A stretch of 64,000 bases of DNA from Escherichia coli. GTDB taxonomy: Bacteria; Pseudomonadota; Gammaproteobacteria; Enterobacterales; Enterobacteriaceae. Of the stretch, positions 1 through 11,780 are shown piece after piece. The stretch lies in the NCBI RefSeq assembly GCF_002854065.1, contig NZ_CP024147.1, one strand, 5' to 3'. Both the position numbers and the translations under genes were made by a program. Below the pieces are notes generated by a model that was not told the origin of the DNA, made no database searches, and saw nothing but the letters and a program-made list of their open reading frames with translations. Each line of letters begins with the position of its first letter. Within the stretch, counting starts at the first letter, position 1.

Positions 1-446
1 CTGAGCGTACCTGCGCCCCGGCAATCACCGCGCCGTAAATATGAATCGGGTAGCTTGGATTAGGCACCAGCACCGTGTCGCCGTGGTCCAGCGTCGCCAG
101 CATCAGATGCGCCAGCCCCTCTTTCGAGCCAATGGTGACGATGGCTTCTGATTCCGGGTCGATTTCAACGTCGTAGCGATCCTGATACCAACGGGAAATG
201 GCGCGACGTAGCCGCGGAATGCCGCGTGAAGTGGAGTAACCATGCGTGTCCGGGCGCTGGGCCACAGTACATAATTTTTCGACGATATGCGGCGGAGTCG
301 CACCGTCCGGGTTACCCATACTGAAATCGATAATATCTTCGCCGCGCCGACGCGCAGCCATTTTCAGTTCAGCGGTAATGTTAAAAACATAGGGCGGGAG
401 ACGATCAATGCGCGTAAAGCGACGTTCAGGGCGAGTGTCAGCCATA
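1..446 (-). CDS. alaC: Glutamate-pyruvate aminotransferase AlaC, N-terminal part; gene continues past window start
   Basis: Reverse-strand translation from ATG at 444-446 gives [48 protein letters not shown], recognised as AlaC/YfdZ N-terminus; SD-like GAGGAA upstream. Not in ORF track because truncated. Confidence 0.8.
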
Positions 447-821
447 ATTTCCTCAGATTAACGTTAGCGCCCGGACCGTCCGAGCGACGCTGCCACGATG
501 GTGGCTGTTTTGAAAATAGCCTGATTAATTTCTGTCTGTCCAGCGTTTTAGAACATTTTTATTAATGACGTTAAATGAGGAACTCTGCTTTAAAAACAGG
601 AAATTTATCTGCGCTAACAAGAAAATTACCACTCATTTTATTAACATAATAATTTCAATAAATTTACTAACCAGAAGTGCATTATCAAGAGATGCATTGC
701 TAATACACTACTTATCTATCAATCCCCTTTTAAAATTGTGGTTTTTCCTCAAAAACGGCCTGCTGGTCATCAGCCTTCAGGTTACCTATCATAGAGGTTT
801 AATCCTTATTCAGAGTCACCC

Positions 822-2519
822 GTGCACGAAATATTCAACATGCTGCTGGCGGTCTTCGATCGGGCAGCGTTAATGCTTATCTGCCTGTTCTTTCTCATCC
901 GTATCCGCCTGTTTCGCGAACTGTTGCACAAGTCGGCACACTCACCGAAAGAGTTGCTCGCCGTTACCGCCATTTTCTCGCTGTTCGCCCTGTTCAGCAC
1001 CTGGTCCGGCGTTCCCGTAGAAGGCTCGCTGGTGAACGTACGTATTATCGCGGTGATGTCAGGCGGGATTCTGTTTGGCCCGTGGGTGGGCATCATTACC
1101 GGCGTGATTGCGGGTATTCATCGTTATTTAATTGATATCGGCGGCGTGACGGCGATCCCCTGCTTTATCACCAGCATTCTGGCGGGTTGTATATCGGGCT
1201 GGATCAACCTGAAAATCCCCAAAGCACAGCGCTGGCGCGTCGGTATTCTCGGCGGCATGTTGTGTGAAACGTTGACCATGATTCTGGTGATTGTCTGGGC
1301 ACCAACTACCGCGTTGGGGATCGATATCGTCTCTAAAATCGGGATTCCAATGATCCTCGGCAGCGTCTGTATCGGCTTTATTGTGCTTCTGGTGCAAAGC
1401 GTTGAGGGCGAAAAAGAGGCCAGCGCCGCGCGGCAGGCCAAGTTGGCGCTGGATATCGCCAACAAAACGCTACCTCTGTTTCGCCATGTCAATAGCGAGT
1501 CATTACGCAAAGTTTGTGAAATTATTCGCGATGACATTCACGCCGATGCGGTGGCGATTACCAATACCGATCATGTGCTGGCCTATGTTGGCGTGGGTGA
1601 ACATAACTATCAGAATGGCGATGACTTCATTAGCCCGACTACCCGTCAGGCGATGAATTACGGAAAAATCATCATTAAAAACAATGATGAAGCCCACCGC
1701 ACACCAGAGATTCATTCCATGCTGGTGATCCCATTGTGGGAGAAAGGCGTTGTGACCGGAACGCTGAAAATTTACTACTGCCACGCGCATCAGATAACCT
1801 CGTCATTACAGGAAATGGCGGTTGGTCTGTCGCAAATCATCTCCACGCAACTGGAGGTTTCACGCGCCGAGCAGCTACGTGAAATGGCAAATAAGGCAGA
1901 GCTTCGCGCCCTGCAAAGCAAAATTAATCCCCATTTCCTGTTTAACGCTTTGAACGCTATTTCATCGTCAATCCGTCTGAATCCTGATACTGCTCGACAG
2001 CTGATCTTTAATCTGTCGCGTTATCTGCGCTATAACATTGAATTAAAAGACGATGAGCAAATCGATATCAAAAAAGAGCTGTATCAAATTAAAGACTATA
2101 TTGCCATTGAGCAGGCCCGCTTTGGCGACAAGCTCACGGTTATCTATGATATTGATGAAGAGGTGAATTGCTGCATTCCCAGCCTGCTGATCCAGCCGTT
2201 GGTGGAGAATGCCATTGTCCACGGTATCCAGCCTTGCAAAGGTAAAGGCGTTGTCACCATCAGCGTTGCAGAGTGCGGCAATCGGGTACGCATTGCGGTG
2301 CGGGATACCGGGCACGGCATCGATCCAAAGGTGATTGAGCGGGTCGAAGCGAATGAAATGCCGGGCAATAAAATTGGCCTGCTGAATGTTCATCATCGCG
2401 TGAAGTTATTGTATGGCGAGGGGCTGCATATCCGCCGCCTGGAACCAGGAACGGAAATTGCGTTTTACATTCCTAACCAACGCACCCCAGTCGCCTCACA
2501 GGCTACGTTATTGCTTTGA
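822..2519 (+). CDS. ypdA: LytS-type sensor histidine kinase YpdA
   Basis: 565-aa ORF with N-terminal multi-TM 5TM-LytS region, GAF-like middle, His-kinase HATPase C-terminus; matches K-12 YpdA length and position. Confidence 0.9.
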
Positions 2520-2533
2520 GCCGGAGTGATATT

Positions 2534-3268
2534 GTGAAAGTCATCATTGTTGAAGACGAATTCCTGGCACAACAGGAACTGAGCTGGCTAATTAAAGAGC
2601 ACAGCCAGATGGAGATTGTCGGCACCTTTGACGACGGTCTGGACGTGTTGAAGTTTTTGCAGCATAACCGCGTCGACGCCATTTTTCTGGATATCAATAT
2701 TCCGTCGCTGGATGGTGTGTTGCTGGCACAAAACATCAGCCAGTTCGCCCATAAACCGTTTATTGTGTTCATCACCGCGTGGAAAGAACATGCGGTAGAA
2801 GCGTTTGAACTGGAGGCGTTTGACTACATTCTCAAACCGTATCAGGAGTCTCGCATTACCGGGATGCTGCAAAAACTGGAAGCGGCCTGGCAGCAACAGC
2901 AGACCAGCAGTACGCCTGCCGCGACGGTAACGCGTGAGAATGACACCATTAATCTGGTGAAAGATGAGCGAATAATCGTCACCCCCATTAACGATATCTA
3001 TTACGCCGAAGCGCACGAGAAAATGACCTTTGTCTATACGCGGCGTGAATCCTACGTAATGCCGATGAACATTACCGAATTTTGCAGCAAACTGCCGCCG
3101 TCGCATTTTTTCCGCTGCCATCGCTCATTTTGTGTCAATCTGAACAAAATCCGCGAAATCGAACCGTGGTTTAATAACACCTATATTCTGCGGCTGAAAG
3201 ATCTGGATTTTGAAGTGCCAGTCAGCCGCAGCAAAGTAAAAGAATTTCGCCAGTTAATGCATCTTTAA
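2534..3268 (+). CDS. ypdB: LytTR-family response regulator YpdB
   Basis: GTG start at 2534 (VKVIIVEDE receiver start) gives 244 aa; ORF track opens at an upstream TTG; overlaps ypdA stop; LytTR C-terminal domain. Confidence 0.85.
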   Translation: MKVIIVEDEFLAQQELSWLIKEHSQMEIVGTFDDGLDVLKFLQHNRVDAIFLDINIPSLDGVLLAQNISQFAHKPFIVFITAWKEHAVEAFELEAFDYILKPYQESRITGMLQKLEAAWQQQQTSSTPAATVTRENDTINLVKDERIIVTPINDIYYAEAHEKMTFVYTRRESYVMPMNITEFCSKLPPSHFFRCHRSFCVNLNKIREIEPWFNNTYILRLKDLDFEVPVSRSKVKEFRQLMHL

Positions 3269-3280
3269 TCGGGAACTTTC

Positions 3281-4138
3281 ATGAAAGCACCAGGCTTGCC
3301 CGCCGATCAACAATTTTTCGCCGATCTGTTCAGCGGCCTGGTGCTTAACCCGCAACTACTGGGGCGCGTCTGGTTTGCCAGCCAGCCTGCCTCGTTGCCG
3401 GTGGGCAGTTTATGTATTGATTTTCCCCGTCTGGATATCGTGCTGCGCGGCGAATACGGCAATCTGCTGGAAGCAAAGCAGCAACGTTTGGTGGAAGGAG
3501 AAATGCTGTTTATTCCGGCGCGCGCGGCTAATTTACCGGTCAACAACAAACCGGTGATGCTGTTAAGCCTGGTGTTCGCTCCGACCTGGCTTGGGTTATC
3601 GTTTTACGATAGCCGCACCACGTCGTTGTTGCATCCTGCTCGCCAGATCCAGCTTCCCAGCCTGCAACGCGGTGAAGGTGAAGCGATGCTTACCGCCCTC
3701 ACCCATCTTAGCCGTTCGCCGCTGGAGCAAAATATCATTCAGCCGCTGGTGTTAAGTTTGCTGCATCTTTGCCGTAACGTGGTGAATATGCCGCCGGGCA
3801 ATTCGCAGCCGCGCGGCGATTTTCTCTATCACAGCATTTGTAACTGGGTTCAGGATAATTATGCCCAGCCGCTCACCCGCGAGAGCGTGGCGCAGTTTTT
3901 TAATATCACGCCCAATCATCTGTCAAAACTGTTTGCTCAGCATGGAACGATGCGTTTTATCGAGTATGTGCGTTGGGTGCGAATGGCGAAGGCGAGGATG
4001 ATTTTGCAGAAATATCATCTGTCAATTCATGAAGTGGCACAGAGTTGCGGTTTTCCGGATAGCGACTATTTTTGTCGCGTTTTCCGGCGTCAGTTTGGTC
4101 TGACGCCGGGAGAGTACAGCGCCCGTTTTCAGGGCTAA
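3281..4138 (+). CDS. ypdC: AraC-family transcriptional regulator YpdC
   Basis: 285 aa with C-terminal AraC HTH signature (HLSKLF...FPDSDYFCRVFRRQFGLTPGEY). Confidence 0.85.
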   Translation: MKAPGLPADQQFFADLFSGLVLNPQLLGRVWFASQPASLPVGSLCIDFPRLDIVLRGEYGNLLEAKQQRLVEGEMLFIPARAANLPVNNKPVMLLSLVFAPTWLGLSFYDSRTTSLLHPARQIQLPSLQRGEGEAMLTALTHLSRSPLEQNIIQPLVLSLLHLCRNVVNMPPGNSQPRGDFLYHSICNWVQDNYAQPLTRESVAQFFNITPNHLSKLFAQHGTMRFIEYVRWVRMAKARMILQKYHLSIHEVAQSCGFPDSDYFCRVFRRQFGLTPGEYSARFQG

Positions 4139-4140
4139 CG

Positions 4141-6636
4141 TCAGAAGGTTAATTCTGTTTCCAGCAGCGTCAGGATACTTTGTGCATCTTGCGCGGCAAA
4201 CAATGACTGGCGGAAGTTTTTATTCACCAGTTTACGCGCCAGCTGCGAGAAGACTTTCACATGATTCATCCCTTCGTTAGCACCCAGCGTCAGCATGATC
4301 ACCAGTTCGACTTCGCCCATTTCTGACTGCCAGTCAACCGGTTTCGCCAGCCGGGCAATGCTGATACTGGAATGACGGATCCACTGAGATTTGGTGTGCG
4401 GGATCGCCACGCCAAAACCAACGCCAGTGGTGACAATCTCTTCCCGCTGCCAGACATCCTCTTCCAGCTCGAACGGATGTTCAGTGCGCCCGTTAACGCC
4501 GAGGTTACCGCACAGGAACTGGATCGCCTGCTCTTTATTGCTAAAGGCCTGATCAACGAAGATATTCTCCAGCGCCAGCAGCGGGCGAACGTCTTCTTCC
4601 GGCGTAAAGGCGGTGAGTAACGCTTCAATTTCCTGCGCGCTGCGGCATTCACACGCCTGACGTGCCAGTTCCCGACACGCCTCGCTATCCAATTGACGAA
4701 GCTGGCTTTTCACCGCCGGAATGCGCGGGCTACTCATACTCAGCTCATCCAGGCCCAGCCCAAGCAGTAGCGGCAGATAACGGCTTTCACCGCCCAGTTC
4801 ACCGCAAATGCCTACCCATTTGCCCCGCTGATGCGCAGTGGTAACTATTTGCTGCAACATGCGCAGGAACGATGGCGTAATCGGGTTATATAGCGGCGAT
4901 ACGCGCGGGTTATTACGATCGACCGCATACAGATACTGGGTCATATCGTTGGAGCCGATACTGAAGAAATCGACCTCATCGCAGAAGTGATCGATGATGT
5001 AGCACACCGACGGCACTTCCACCATGATACCCAGCGTAATCGTCTCTGCATGACGCAGGCCATCGCGCTTAAGCTCAACGATCGCTTTTTGGATCTCGCC
5101 CTTCACCCATAAGATCTGATCGAGGCTGTGGACCATCGGGATCATCAACTGGGCGTTGCCGAAACTGGCGGCGCGCAAAATGGCCCGCAGTTGAGTGCGG
5201 AACAGGCCAGCAAATTCCGGGTAAATACGTACCGCGCGATAGCCGAGGAACGGGTTCTCTTCCTGGGGAATATTCAGATAAGGAATGCTTTTATCGCCTC
5301 CGATGTCCATTGTGCGGAAGATAATCGGCTTGTCGCCCGCTGCCAGTAGCACCTGCTGGTAGGCTTCAAATTGCTCCTGCTCGTCCGGCGCGCTGTCGCG
5401 ATCCATATAGAGCATTTCGGTACGGAACAGCCCGACGCCTTCCGCGCCGTTGGCAAACGCGCCAGGCGCTTCCAGAGCGGTGCCAATATTCGCCGCGATA
5501 TCAATACGCTTGTTATCACGGGAATAAGCCAGCTGCGCGGCAGCCTGCGCCTGTTGTTTTTGGCGTTTATCCGCCAGCGTCTGCGCGACCTGATAATAAC
5601 CGCTCACCGCGTCATTCGGGTTAATCGCCAGCACGCCGCACTGGGCGTCAAGCACTGCAGGTTGCCCGGCATAACGGGCAATCGCATCCAGCGGCAGGCC
5701 GCTCAGTACCGGGATCGCCGAGGCGCGGGCCAGAATCAGGGTATGCGAGGTGCGCCCGGTTTTCTCCAGAATCATACCCGCAAGATTTTTTAAATCCAGG
5801 CTTAAAAACTGGCTTGGGGTTAAATCCTCGGCCACCAGAATAGTCGGTTTTTCCAGCACCAGATTGTTGCGCGGCTTCAGTTCCGGCCAGGTAATATGCA
5901 GCAACTGTTCGCTAATATCGCGAATGTCGCTAACACGTTCGCGCAGATAATCGCTGGCAGAAGCAGAAAGTTTGGCGCAAACCTGCTCCATATTGCTGAT
6001 GATCGCCGCCCCCAGCCCCTGATGCTGTTCTGTCATCAGGCGACGGATATTGCCTGCAAATTCATCATCCTGAATCAGCGACAAATGGGCGCTGAGGATA
6101 GTTTTGCTTTCGCCGTCACGCTCACGCAATTGCTGGTTCAGTTGCTCGGCAAGCGTTGCCAGGCTGTGCTCCAGCCGGGTGGAATCTTGCGCACTGGCGG
6201 GGATTGCCCGATAACTGTCGAGGCTGTCGCTTTGTAACAGGGTCAGCGTACCCACGCCGACGCCGCTTGCCAGCACATTGCCGTACAGTAAATCCGGGTT
6301 AAGGCGGCTTAATGAACGCGGCAGCGGATGCGCCGTCAGTTCTGCCTGCGTAGGCTGAACGCTGTCGCTGTCGATAAAGCGCACCTGGATGTACTCTTCC
6401 AGCACGCGCCGCGCCTGCTCTTCATCGCTGCCGCTAATGTTCAGGCTGCAACTGTCATTAAATAGGGTGCCGGTGCCAATCAGCGCCAGCGAGCTTTTGG
6501 CATCGGCCTTTGCGTTCTGGCGATGGTTAATAAAAGTGATTTCGCTTTGCCACTGGCTGCACTGTTCTTTAAGTTCCCACGCCGGACGAGCATGTAGACC
6601 GTTAGGCAAAGGACAGAGAAATTGAATCGTTAACAT
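4141..6636 (-). CDS. fryA: PTS multiphosphoryl transfer protein FryA (HPr - enzyme I - IIA fusion)
   Basis: 831-aa ORF with N-terminal HPr-like domain (GLHARPA), enzyme I PEP-utilising core and C-terminal fructose-type IIA domain. Confidence 0.9.
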   Translation of the reverse strand: MLTIQFLCPLPNGLHARPAWELKEQCSQWQSEITFINHRQNAKADAKSSLALIGTGTLFNDSCSLNISGSDEEQARRVLEEYIQVRFIDSDSVQPTQAELTAHPLPRSLSRLNPDLLYGNVLASGVGVGTLTLLQSDSLDSYRAIPASAQDSTRLEHSLATLAEQLNQQLRERDGESKTILSAHLSLIQDDEFAGNIRRLMTEQHQGLGAAIISNMEQVCAKLSASASDYLRERVSDIRDISEQLLHITWPELKPRNNLVLEKPTILVAEDLTPSQFLSLDLKNLAGMILEKTGRTSHTLILARASAIPVLSGLPLDAIARYAGQPAVLDAQCGVLAINPNDAVSGYYQVAQTLADKRQKQQAQAAAQLAYSRDNKRIDIAANIGTALEAPGAFANGAEGVGLFRTEMLYMDRDSAPDEQEQFEAYQQVLLAAGDKPIIFRTMDIGGDKSIPYLNIPQEENPFLGYRAVRIYPEFAGLFRTQLRAILRAASFGNAQLMIPMVHSLDQILWVKGEIQKAIVELKRDGLRHAETITLGIMVEVPSVCYIIDHFCDEVDFFSIGSNDMTQYLYAVDRNNPRVSPLYNPITPSFLRMLQQIVTTAHQRGKWVGICGELGGESRYLPLLLGLGLDELSMSSPRIPAVKSQLRQLDSEACRELARQACECRSAQEIEALLTAFTPEEDVRPLLALENIFVDQAFSNKEQAIQFLCGNLGVNGRTEHPFELEEDVWQREEIVTTGVGFGVAIPHTKSQWIRHSSISIARLAKPVDWQSEMGEVELVIMLTLGANEGMNHVKVFSQLARKLVNKNFRQSLFAAQDAQSILTLLETELTF

Positions 6637-6660
6637 AACCGCTCCGGGTTAATCAGGAGA

Positions 6661-7698
6661 TCATCTGAAATCCGTCAGTTGAACAACCGTCTCACGCGTA
6701 AGACGTTGAATAAGGGCAGATAAAAGTTGCTCCATCTGCAAAATGTCGCGGCAATCGGCAATCGACGCGGCGCAATGTCCGTGGCGGGTGGCAGGCCCCA
6801 TCACCACTGTGGGTACGCCGGTACCGGTTAAGTGCACCGCTCCACCGTCCGTGCCGCCGTTACTGAACATATCCGCCTGTAACGGCACGCCAATTTCTGC
6901 CGCCACGGTTTCAATCCAGGCGGTGAGTTTTGGCGGCGCAATCAGTGACTTGTCGCTTAACACCAGCATCGGGCCGTTACCAATCTGGCGATGGTTAGCC
7001 GCGCCATAATCAAAGTTTTTCGCCCAGCAGGCGGTATCAAGGACAATGGCGACGTCCGGCGACACCGCGCGGGTGGCAGTTTGCCCGCCGCGTAACCCCA
7101 CCTCTTCGCTGGAACTGGCCACCAGCCACACTTCCGCAGGCAGTTCGGCGTCGTGCAGCTCACGTAGTAACGTCACCAGCAGATAGCAACCGAGGCGGTC
7201 ATCAAAGGCTTTCCCCATCACTCGCTGGTGGGGGAGAACCTGAAAAGTGGTATCGAACGTGACGCGATCGCCTGGACGAATTCCCGCCTGCATCACTTCG
7301 TCATACGAGCGCGCGCCAATATCCACGCGCATGGCGCTGACGTCATTCCCCTGCCGGTCGCCGTCAAGCAGGCCGGGAATTTTGCACTCTTCACGGGTGG
7401 TGATGCGCACCGGCTGCAGCTGGCGGGCAGCCATGCGTACGTTGCCAACCGGCAGTACATCAATCGCCCCTTCGCGGGAGATGCTGCGCACCATAAATCC
7501 CACTTCATCCATATGCGCACAGATCATCACCTTCGGACCTGTCGATTCATTGAGGCGGATCAGCACCGATCCCAGACCATCAAATCGCACTTCTTTTTGC
7601 AGGCGATCCGCTTCTTCCAGCAGGATCTGCCGTACTTCCTGTTCCGAGGAGGCGATCGCATCTGCCTCGCTCAACGCTTTTAATAGCGATAAATCCAT
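6661..7698 (-). CDS. ypdE: M42-family aminopeptidase YpdE
   Basis: 345 aa, position and length match K-12 ypdE inside fry operon. Confidence 0.85.
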   Translation of the reverse strand: MDLSLLKALSEADAIASSEQEVRQILLEEADRLQKEVRFDGLGSVLIRLNESTGPKVMICAHMDEVGFMVRSISREGAIDVLPVGNVRMAARQLQPVRITTREECKIPGLLDGDRQGNDVSAMRVDIGARSYDEVMQAGIRPGDRVTFDTTFQVLPHQRVMGKAFDDRLGCYLLVTLLRELHDAELPAEVWLVASSSEEVGLRGGQTATRAVSPDVAIVLDTACWAKNFDYGAANHRQIGNGPMLVLSDKSLIAPPKLTAWIETVAAEIGVPLQADMFSNGGTDGGAVHLTGTGVPTVVMGPATRHGHCAASIADCRDILQMEQLLSALIQRLTRETVVQLTDFR

Positions 7699-8783
7699 TA
7701 TGCCTCTCCCGTGAGCAACACTGTTTTCGGCATGGCGTAGAGCACTTCTGCGCCTTGCGGGGTGACCAGCACAACATCTTCGATGCGCACGCCCCCTTGC
7801 CCTGGCAAATAAATCCCCGGCTCCACGGTCAGTAACATGCCTGGCTGTAGCGTCGTGGTGTCCCGCGGTGAAAAACGCGGATCTTCATGAACTTCAATGC
7901 CGATAGCATGACCGGTGTTATGACCGAAATAGTGGCTAAAACCTGCCTCGGTAATCACCCGACGCGCGGCTTCGTCAACCTGCTGGCAGCGCACGCCGGG
8001 GCGAATTGCAGAGATTGCTGCGAGCTGTGCCTGCAAAACAATCTGATAGACGTTAAACAGCGGGTGAGATTCGGCGCTCACCCCTTCGCCATTCACCAGC
8101 AAGGTGCGCGTCATATCAGAGCAGTAGCCCTGATAGAGCGCACCGAAATCGAGAGTGACAAACTCGCCCGCTGCAACAATCTTGTCGCTGGCTTTGCCGT
8201 GCGGCAGCGCCCCACGCCAGCCACTGGCGACAATGGTGTCAAAAGAGGTTTTTTCTGCGCCCTGCTGGCGCATAAACCACTCCAGTTCAGCGGCTATCTC
8301 GCGCTCGCTCATCCCCGCCTGAATAAAGCGGCGAATATGCTCTGCACCGCGATCGGCAATCCCACAGGCAAGGCGGATTTTCTCCACCTCCTCTGGCGTT
8401 TTGATTTGCCGCAGCACATCCGGCGTGGCGCTAACCAGTTTCGCATTGAGTTCAGACTGCCAGCGGTGCGCGGTTTCCCAACTCACCTGCTGGCCTTCAA
8501 AACCGAGCGTTTGCAACTGCTCATCGGCAATGATTTGCCTGGCGATGGTTGTAAGCGTGTGCGTCGCGTCAAGCAAATGCAGCTGGTAACCTTGCGTGCG
8601 GGCTTCTACATCCGCGTAATAGCGCGAGTCCACCAGAATGTGCGCACTTTCACGGCTAATCAGCACATAGCCTGATCCGGTGGAGATCCCCAGATGCGGC
8701 TGTTTGTTCTGCCGTGAGGAGAGAAGCACCGCATCCAGTTGTTGCGCCTTAAGCCAGTCACGCAGCGAAGCGAGTAATGTCAT
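7698..8783 (-). CDS. ypdF: Xaa-Pro aminopeptidase (M24) YpdF
   Basis: 361 aa with M24 pita-bread metal-binding motifs ([17 protein letters not shown]); start overlaps ypdE stop. Confidence 0.85.
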   Translation of the reverse strand: MTLLASLRDWLKAQQLDAVLLSSRQNKQPHLGISTGSGYVLISRESAHILVDSRYYADVEARTQGYQLHLLDATHTLTTIARQIIADEQLQTLGFEGQQVSWETAHRWQSELNAKLVSATPDVLRQIKTPEEVEKIRLACGIADRGAEHIRRFIQAGMSEREIAAELEWFMRQQGAEKTSFDTIVASGWRGALPHGKASDKIVAAGEFVTLDFGALYQGYCSDMTRTLLVNGEGVSAESHPLFNVYQIVLQAQLAAISAIRPGVRCQQVDEAARRVITEAGFSHYFGHNTGHAIGIEVHEDPRFSPRDTTTLQPGMLLTVEPGIYLPGQGGVRIEDVVLVTPQGAEVLYAMPKTVLLTGEA

Positions 8784-8797
8784 CTGGATTATCCTTC

Positions 8798-10045
8798 TTA
8801 CAGGCTATCGATTAACAATTTGCCTTTACGGAACATCATCAGACGCAGGAACACCACCATCAGCGCAGTAATGACTGCCCCCAGCGCGATCCCCGCCATG
8901 TAGACGCCGAGGTTAGTGACCAGTGGCCATGCCCAGATAGCGGACTCCGGGAACCATTGCACTGCGCCCAGCCAGACAGCTGCGGTTGAGCCGACAATCG
9001 CGCCAACCATATAGGACGGAATGGCGGTGATGGGGCTTTCCAGTGCAAACGGAATCGCACCCTCACTAATCCCCATAAACGCCAGGAACATAGCGGTTTT
9101 ACCCTGCGGATAAAGCTGAGCACTGAACAGACGTTTGCCGGTTAAACGGCGGTCGATAATGGTCGCCAGACCCAGACCAATCGGCGGAATAACAATAGCG
9201 ATAGAACGAGCGGTGACCGGTAATACGTGGTCAGTGGTAAAGCTGAAGGCAACGAAACCTGCGGCTTTGTTGATCGGGCCACCAAGGTCGATTGCTGTCG
9301 CCGCGGCGATCCCCATTGCGTACATCAGCGCGCCCTTCTCACCTGCGGCAGTCAGCACAGTACGGATACCGCCGTTGATCCAGCCCCCAAAGGGGGTGAT
9401 GACGTAGTACATCGCCAGCATGACAAAAATAGCGGAAAGAATCGGTAGCAAAAATGTGGTTTTGAACGCTAACAGGAAATCCGGTAACTGGATTTTCTGG
9501 TTCATCCATTTCACAAGGTAACCAGCAACGATAGATATAATCAGCGCACCAATGAAGGTGGACGGCACCGGCGAAGAGGTCGCCCATTGCATAGTGCTGG
9601 GATCGAAGTTCAGCAGTTGCGTCGGCTGGGTAGACATCAAGCCGCCGATAAAACCAGCCGGAAACGCCAGTTTGCCACCGATAGAGTTCGCAACAAAAGC
9701 AGCAAACATCGGAATGGCAAAACCAAACAACACGCCGCCGAAGGACTGCGACAACCAGGCAAATTTCAGTAAGGAGAGGTCGAAACCGGAGAATTTCCCG
9801 CTATTAAGAGCATCCATGATGCCGATCTCAGCAGGAATTTTAAGCCAGCTATAAGCAATCAGCTGGCTGAAAGCGAGGATCACACCGCCCATAATTAAGG
9901 TCGGCACCATGCGTGAAATCCCTGACATCACATGCTGCGGGAGTTCACCCCAGAAGCTGCTTTTAGAGGCCTGCGGATTCTTAACTGCCGCTGCCGCACC
10001 GGATGCGCCAGGCACAACGGTTGCACTGCGTTTTTTAATGGCCAT
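8798..10045 (-). CDS. fryC: PTS fructose-like IIC permease FryC
   Basis: 415-aa polytopic membrane protein, position in fry operon. Confidence 0.85.
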   Translation of the reverse strand: MAIKKRSATVVPGASGAAAAVKNPQASKSSFWGELPQHVMSGISRMVPTLIMGGVILAFSQLIAYSWLKIPAEIGIMDALNSGKFSGFDLSLLKFAWLSQSFGGVLFGFAIPMFAAFVANSIGGKLAFPAGFIGGLMSTQPTQLLNFDPSTMQWATSSPVPSTFIGALIISIVAGYLVKWMNQKIQLPDFLLAFKTTFLLPILSAIFVMLAMYYVITPFGGWINGGIRTVLTAAGEKGALMYAMGIAAATAIDLGGPINKAAGFVAFSFTTDHVLPVTARSIAIVIPPIGLGLATIIDRRLTGKRLFSAQLYPQGKTAMFLAFMGISEGAIPFALESPITAIPSYMVGAIVGSTAAVWLGAVQWFPESAIWAWPLVTNLGVYMAGIALGAVITALMVVFLRLMMFRKGKLLIDSL

Positions 10046-10066
10046 AACAATTATCCCTGTCGAATA

Positions 10067-10393
10067 TTACTGTTGTTCAGAGGCAATCATCTCTTCGATT
10101 TCTTTGATGATGCCCGCAGCGTTTTTAATTGCGTCCTGCAAAGTGATTTCATAAACGTCGCGTGATTCGAAACGTTCGTTATCTTCCGGGGTAACTGCCA
10201 CGGAATGGATGATGATGGTCGCTTCGGCGATATCCTGCGCCGTCAGGCGATTCTGGATACCGTCCGCGCCCTGGGTTTCAATTTTCACTTCATAACCGGC
10301 TTCTACCGCTGCTTCTTCCAGCGCCTGAGCGGCCATAAAGGTGTGAGCCAGGCCCATCGGGCAGGCACATAAGGCAATCAGTTTCTTACTCAT
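10067..10393 (-). CDS. fryB: PTS fructose-like IIB component FryB
   Basis: 108 aa from ATG at 10393 (MSKKLIALCACPMGLAHTFMAA, active-site Cys motif) preceded by GAGGAA SD; ORF track opens at an upstream in-frame Met. Confidence 0.85.
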   Translation of the reverse strand: MSKKLIALCACPMGLAHTFMAAQALEEAAVEAGYEVKIETQGADGIQNRLTAQDIAEATIIIHSVAVTPEDNERFESRDVYEITLQDAIKNAAGIIKEIEEMIASEQQ

Positions 10394-10611
10394 CGTTAAT
10401 TCCTCGTTCAGTGATAGTTGACGAGTGAAATTATGAACGTGCAAAACAAATCGCCGTTACCAGACAAATAATGCATTTACTGGAGAATTAATCCCGCTGT
10501 ACGGAAGTGTGACGCAGGTCGGCCTTGTGAGGGGACACAAAGAAAAATTGAATTAACTGTATGATTTAAAAGATTATCGGGAGAGTTACCTCCCGATATA
10601 ACAGGAAGGAT

Positions 10612-11577
10612 TTACAGAATGTGACCTAAGGTCTGGCGTAAATGTGCACCGGAACCGAGAAGACCTGGATTGTCATGGACGATGAGATACACCGGAATAT
10701 CATGGACATATTCTTTAAAGCGCCCTTTATCTTCAAATGCGGCACGGAAACCAGAGGCTTTGAAGAACTCAAGGAAGCGCGGCACGATACCGCCCGCAAT
10801 AAACACGCCGCCAAATGTCCCGAGATTGAGCGCCAGATTGCCGCCAAAACGGCCCATAATGACGCAAAACAGCGACAACGCACGGCGGCAATCGGTGCAG
10901 CTGTCAGCCAGCGCGCGTTCGGTAATATCTTTTGGCTTGAGATTTTCTGGCAGGCGGTTGTCGGCTTTCACAATTGCGCGATACAAATTCACCAGCCCAG
11001 GGCCAGAAAGCACACGTTCCGCCGAAACATGACCAATTTCCGCACGCAATATTTCGAGGATAATGGCCTCTTCTTCACTATTCGGCGCAAAATCAACGTG
11101 ACCGCCTTCGCCTGGCAAGCTTACCCAACGCTTATCGACATGGACCAGATGCGCAACCCCAAGCCCCGTTCCGGCACCGTAAACCGCAATAGGCTTACCT
11201 TCTACCGGTTCTGCGCCACCAAACTGAATCAGATGCTCTTTTTTCAGCATCGGGATCGCCATCGATACAGCGGTAAAATCGTTAATAATTTCCAGATGGC
11301 TAAAACCGAGATTCTTTTTCATTTCGGCAATTGAGAACGCCCAGGTATGGTTGGTCATTGCCACCCAGTCACCGGTAATTGGGCAAGCGATGGCAATACA
11401 GCCGTCTTTCACCTCGACCTTATGTTCTTCAAGATAAACGCGAATGACCGCTTCGAGGCTGGGGTAATCAAGCCCTGAATAGGTCTTAGCCTGCGAGATT
11501 TCACCACTGGCAATATCACACAGAGCAAGACGTGCGTTGGTGCCGCCCACATCACCGACTAATGCATACTTTGTCAT
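10612..11577 (-). CDS. glk: Glucokinase
   Basis: 321 aa, [24 protein letters not shown]-like ATP-binding N-terminus, recognised as E. coli Glk. Confidence 0.95.
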   Translation of the reverse strand: MTKYALVGDVGGTNARLALCDIASGEISQAKTYSGLDYPSLEAVIRVYLEEHKVEVKDGCIAIACPITGDWVAMTNHTWAFSIAEMKKNLGFSHLEIINDFTAVSMAIPMLKKEHLIQFGGAEPVEGKPIAVYGAGTGLGVAHLVHVDKRWVSLPGEGGHVDFAPNSEEEAIILEILRAEIGHVSAERVLSGPGLVNLYRAIVKADNRLPENLKPKDITERALADSCTDCRRALSLFCVIMGRFGGNLALNLGTFGGVFIAGGIVPRFLEFFKASGFRAAFEDKGRFKEYVHDIPVYLIVHDNPGLLGSGAHLRQTLGHIL

Positions 11578-11780
11578 TCTTCAACTGCTCCGCTAAAGTC
11601 AAAATAATTCTTTCTCACACTGTAAATACCTGGGGGCATAACAACAACGCCGGAAAGGCAGGCTCCCTGTAAATATCGATCTGGGTCACACAATTACTTT
11701 ATCGTTTCAGCACCAATTGCAGCGATGCCTTTTTGCAAGCTGGGCAAACTAAGTATCTGACCCCGCATAAGGAATAGAAC

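Noticed and set aside
287-873. 92-aa and 102-aa plus-strand ORFs at the window start
   Set aside because: The first is antisense to alaC. The second lies in the AT-rich alaC-ypdA intergenic region and overlaps the ypdA start; it is more likely promoter DNA than a gene.
7887-8675. 262-aa plus-strand ORF
   Set aside because: Antisense to ypdF; no independent support.
10642-11334. 230-aa and 120-aa plus-strand ORFs
   Set aside because: Antisense to glk; shadow ORFs.
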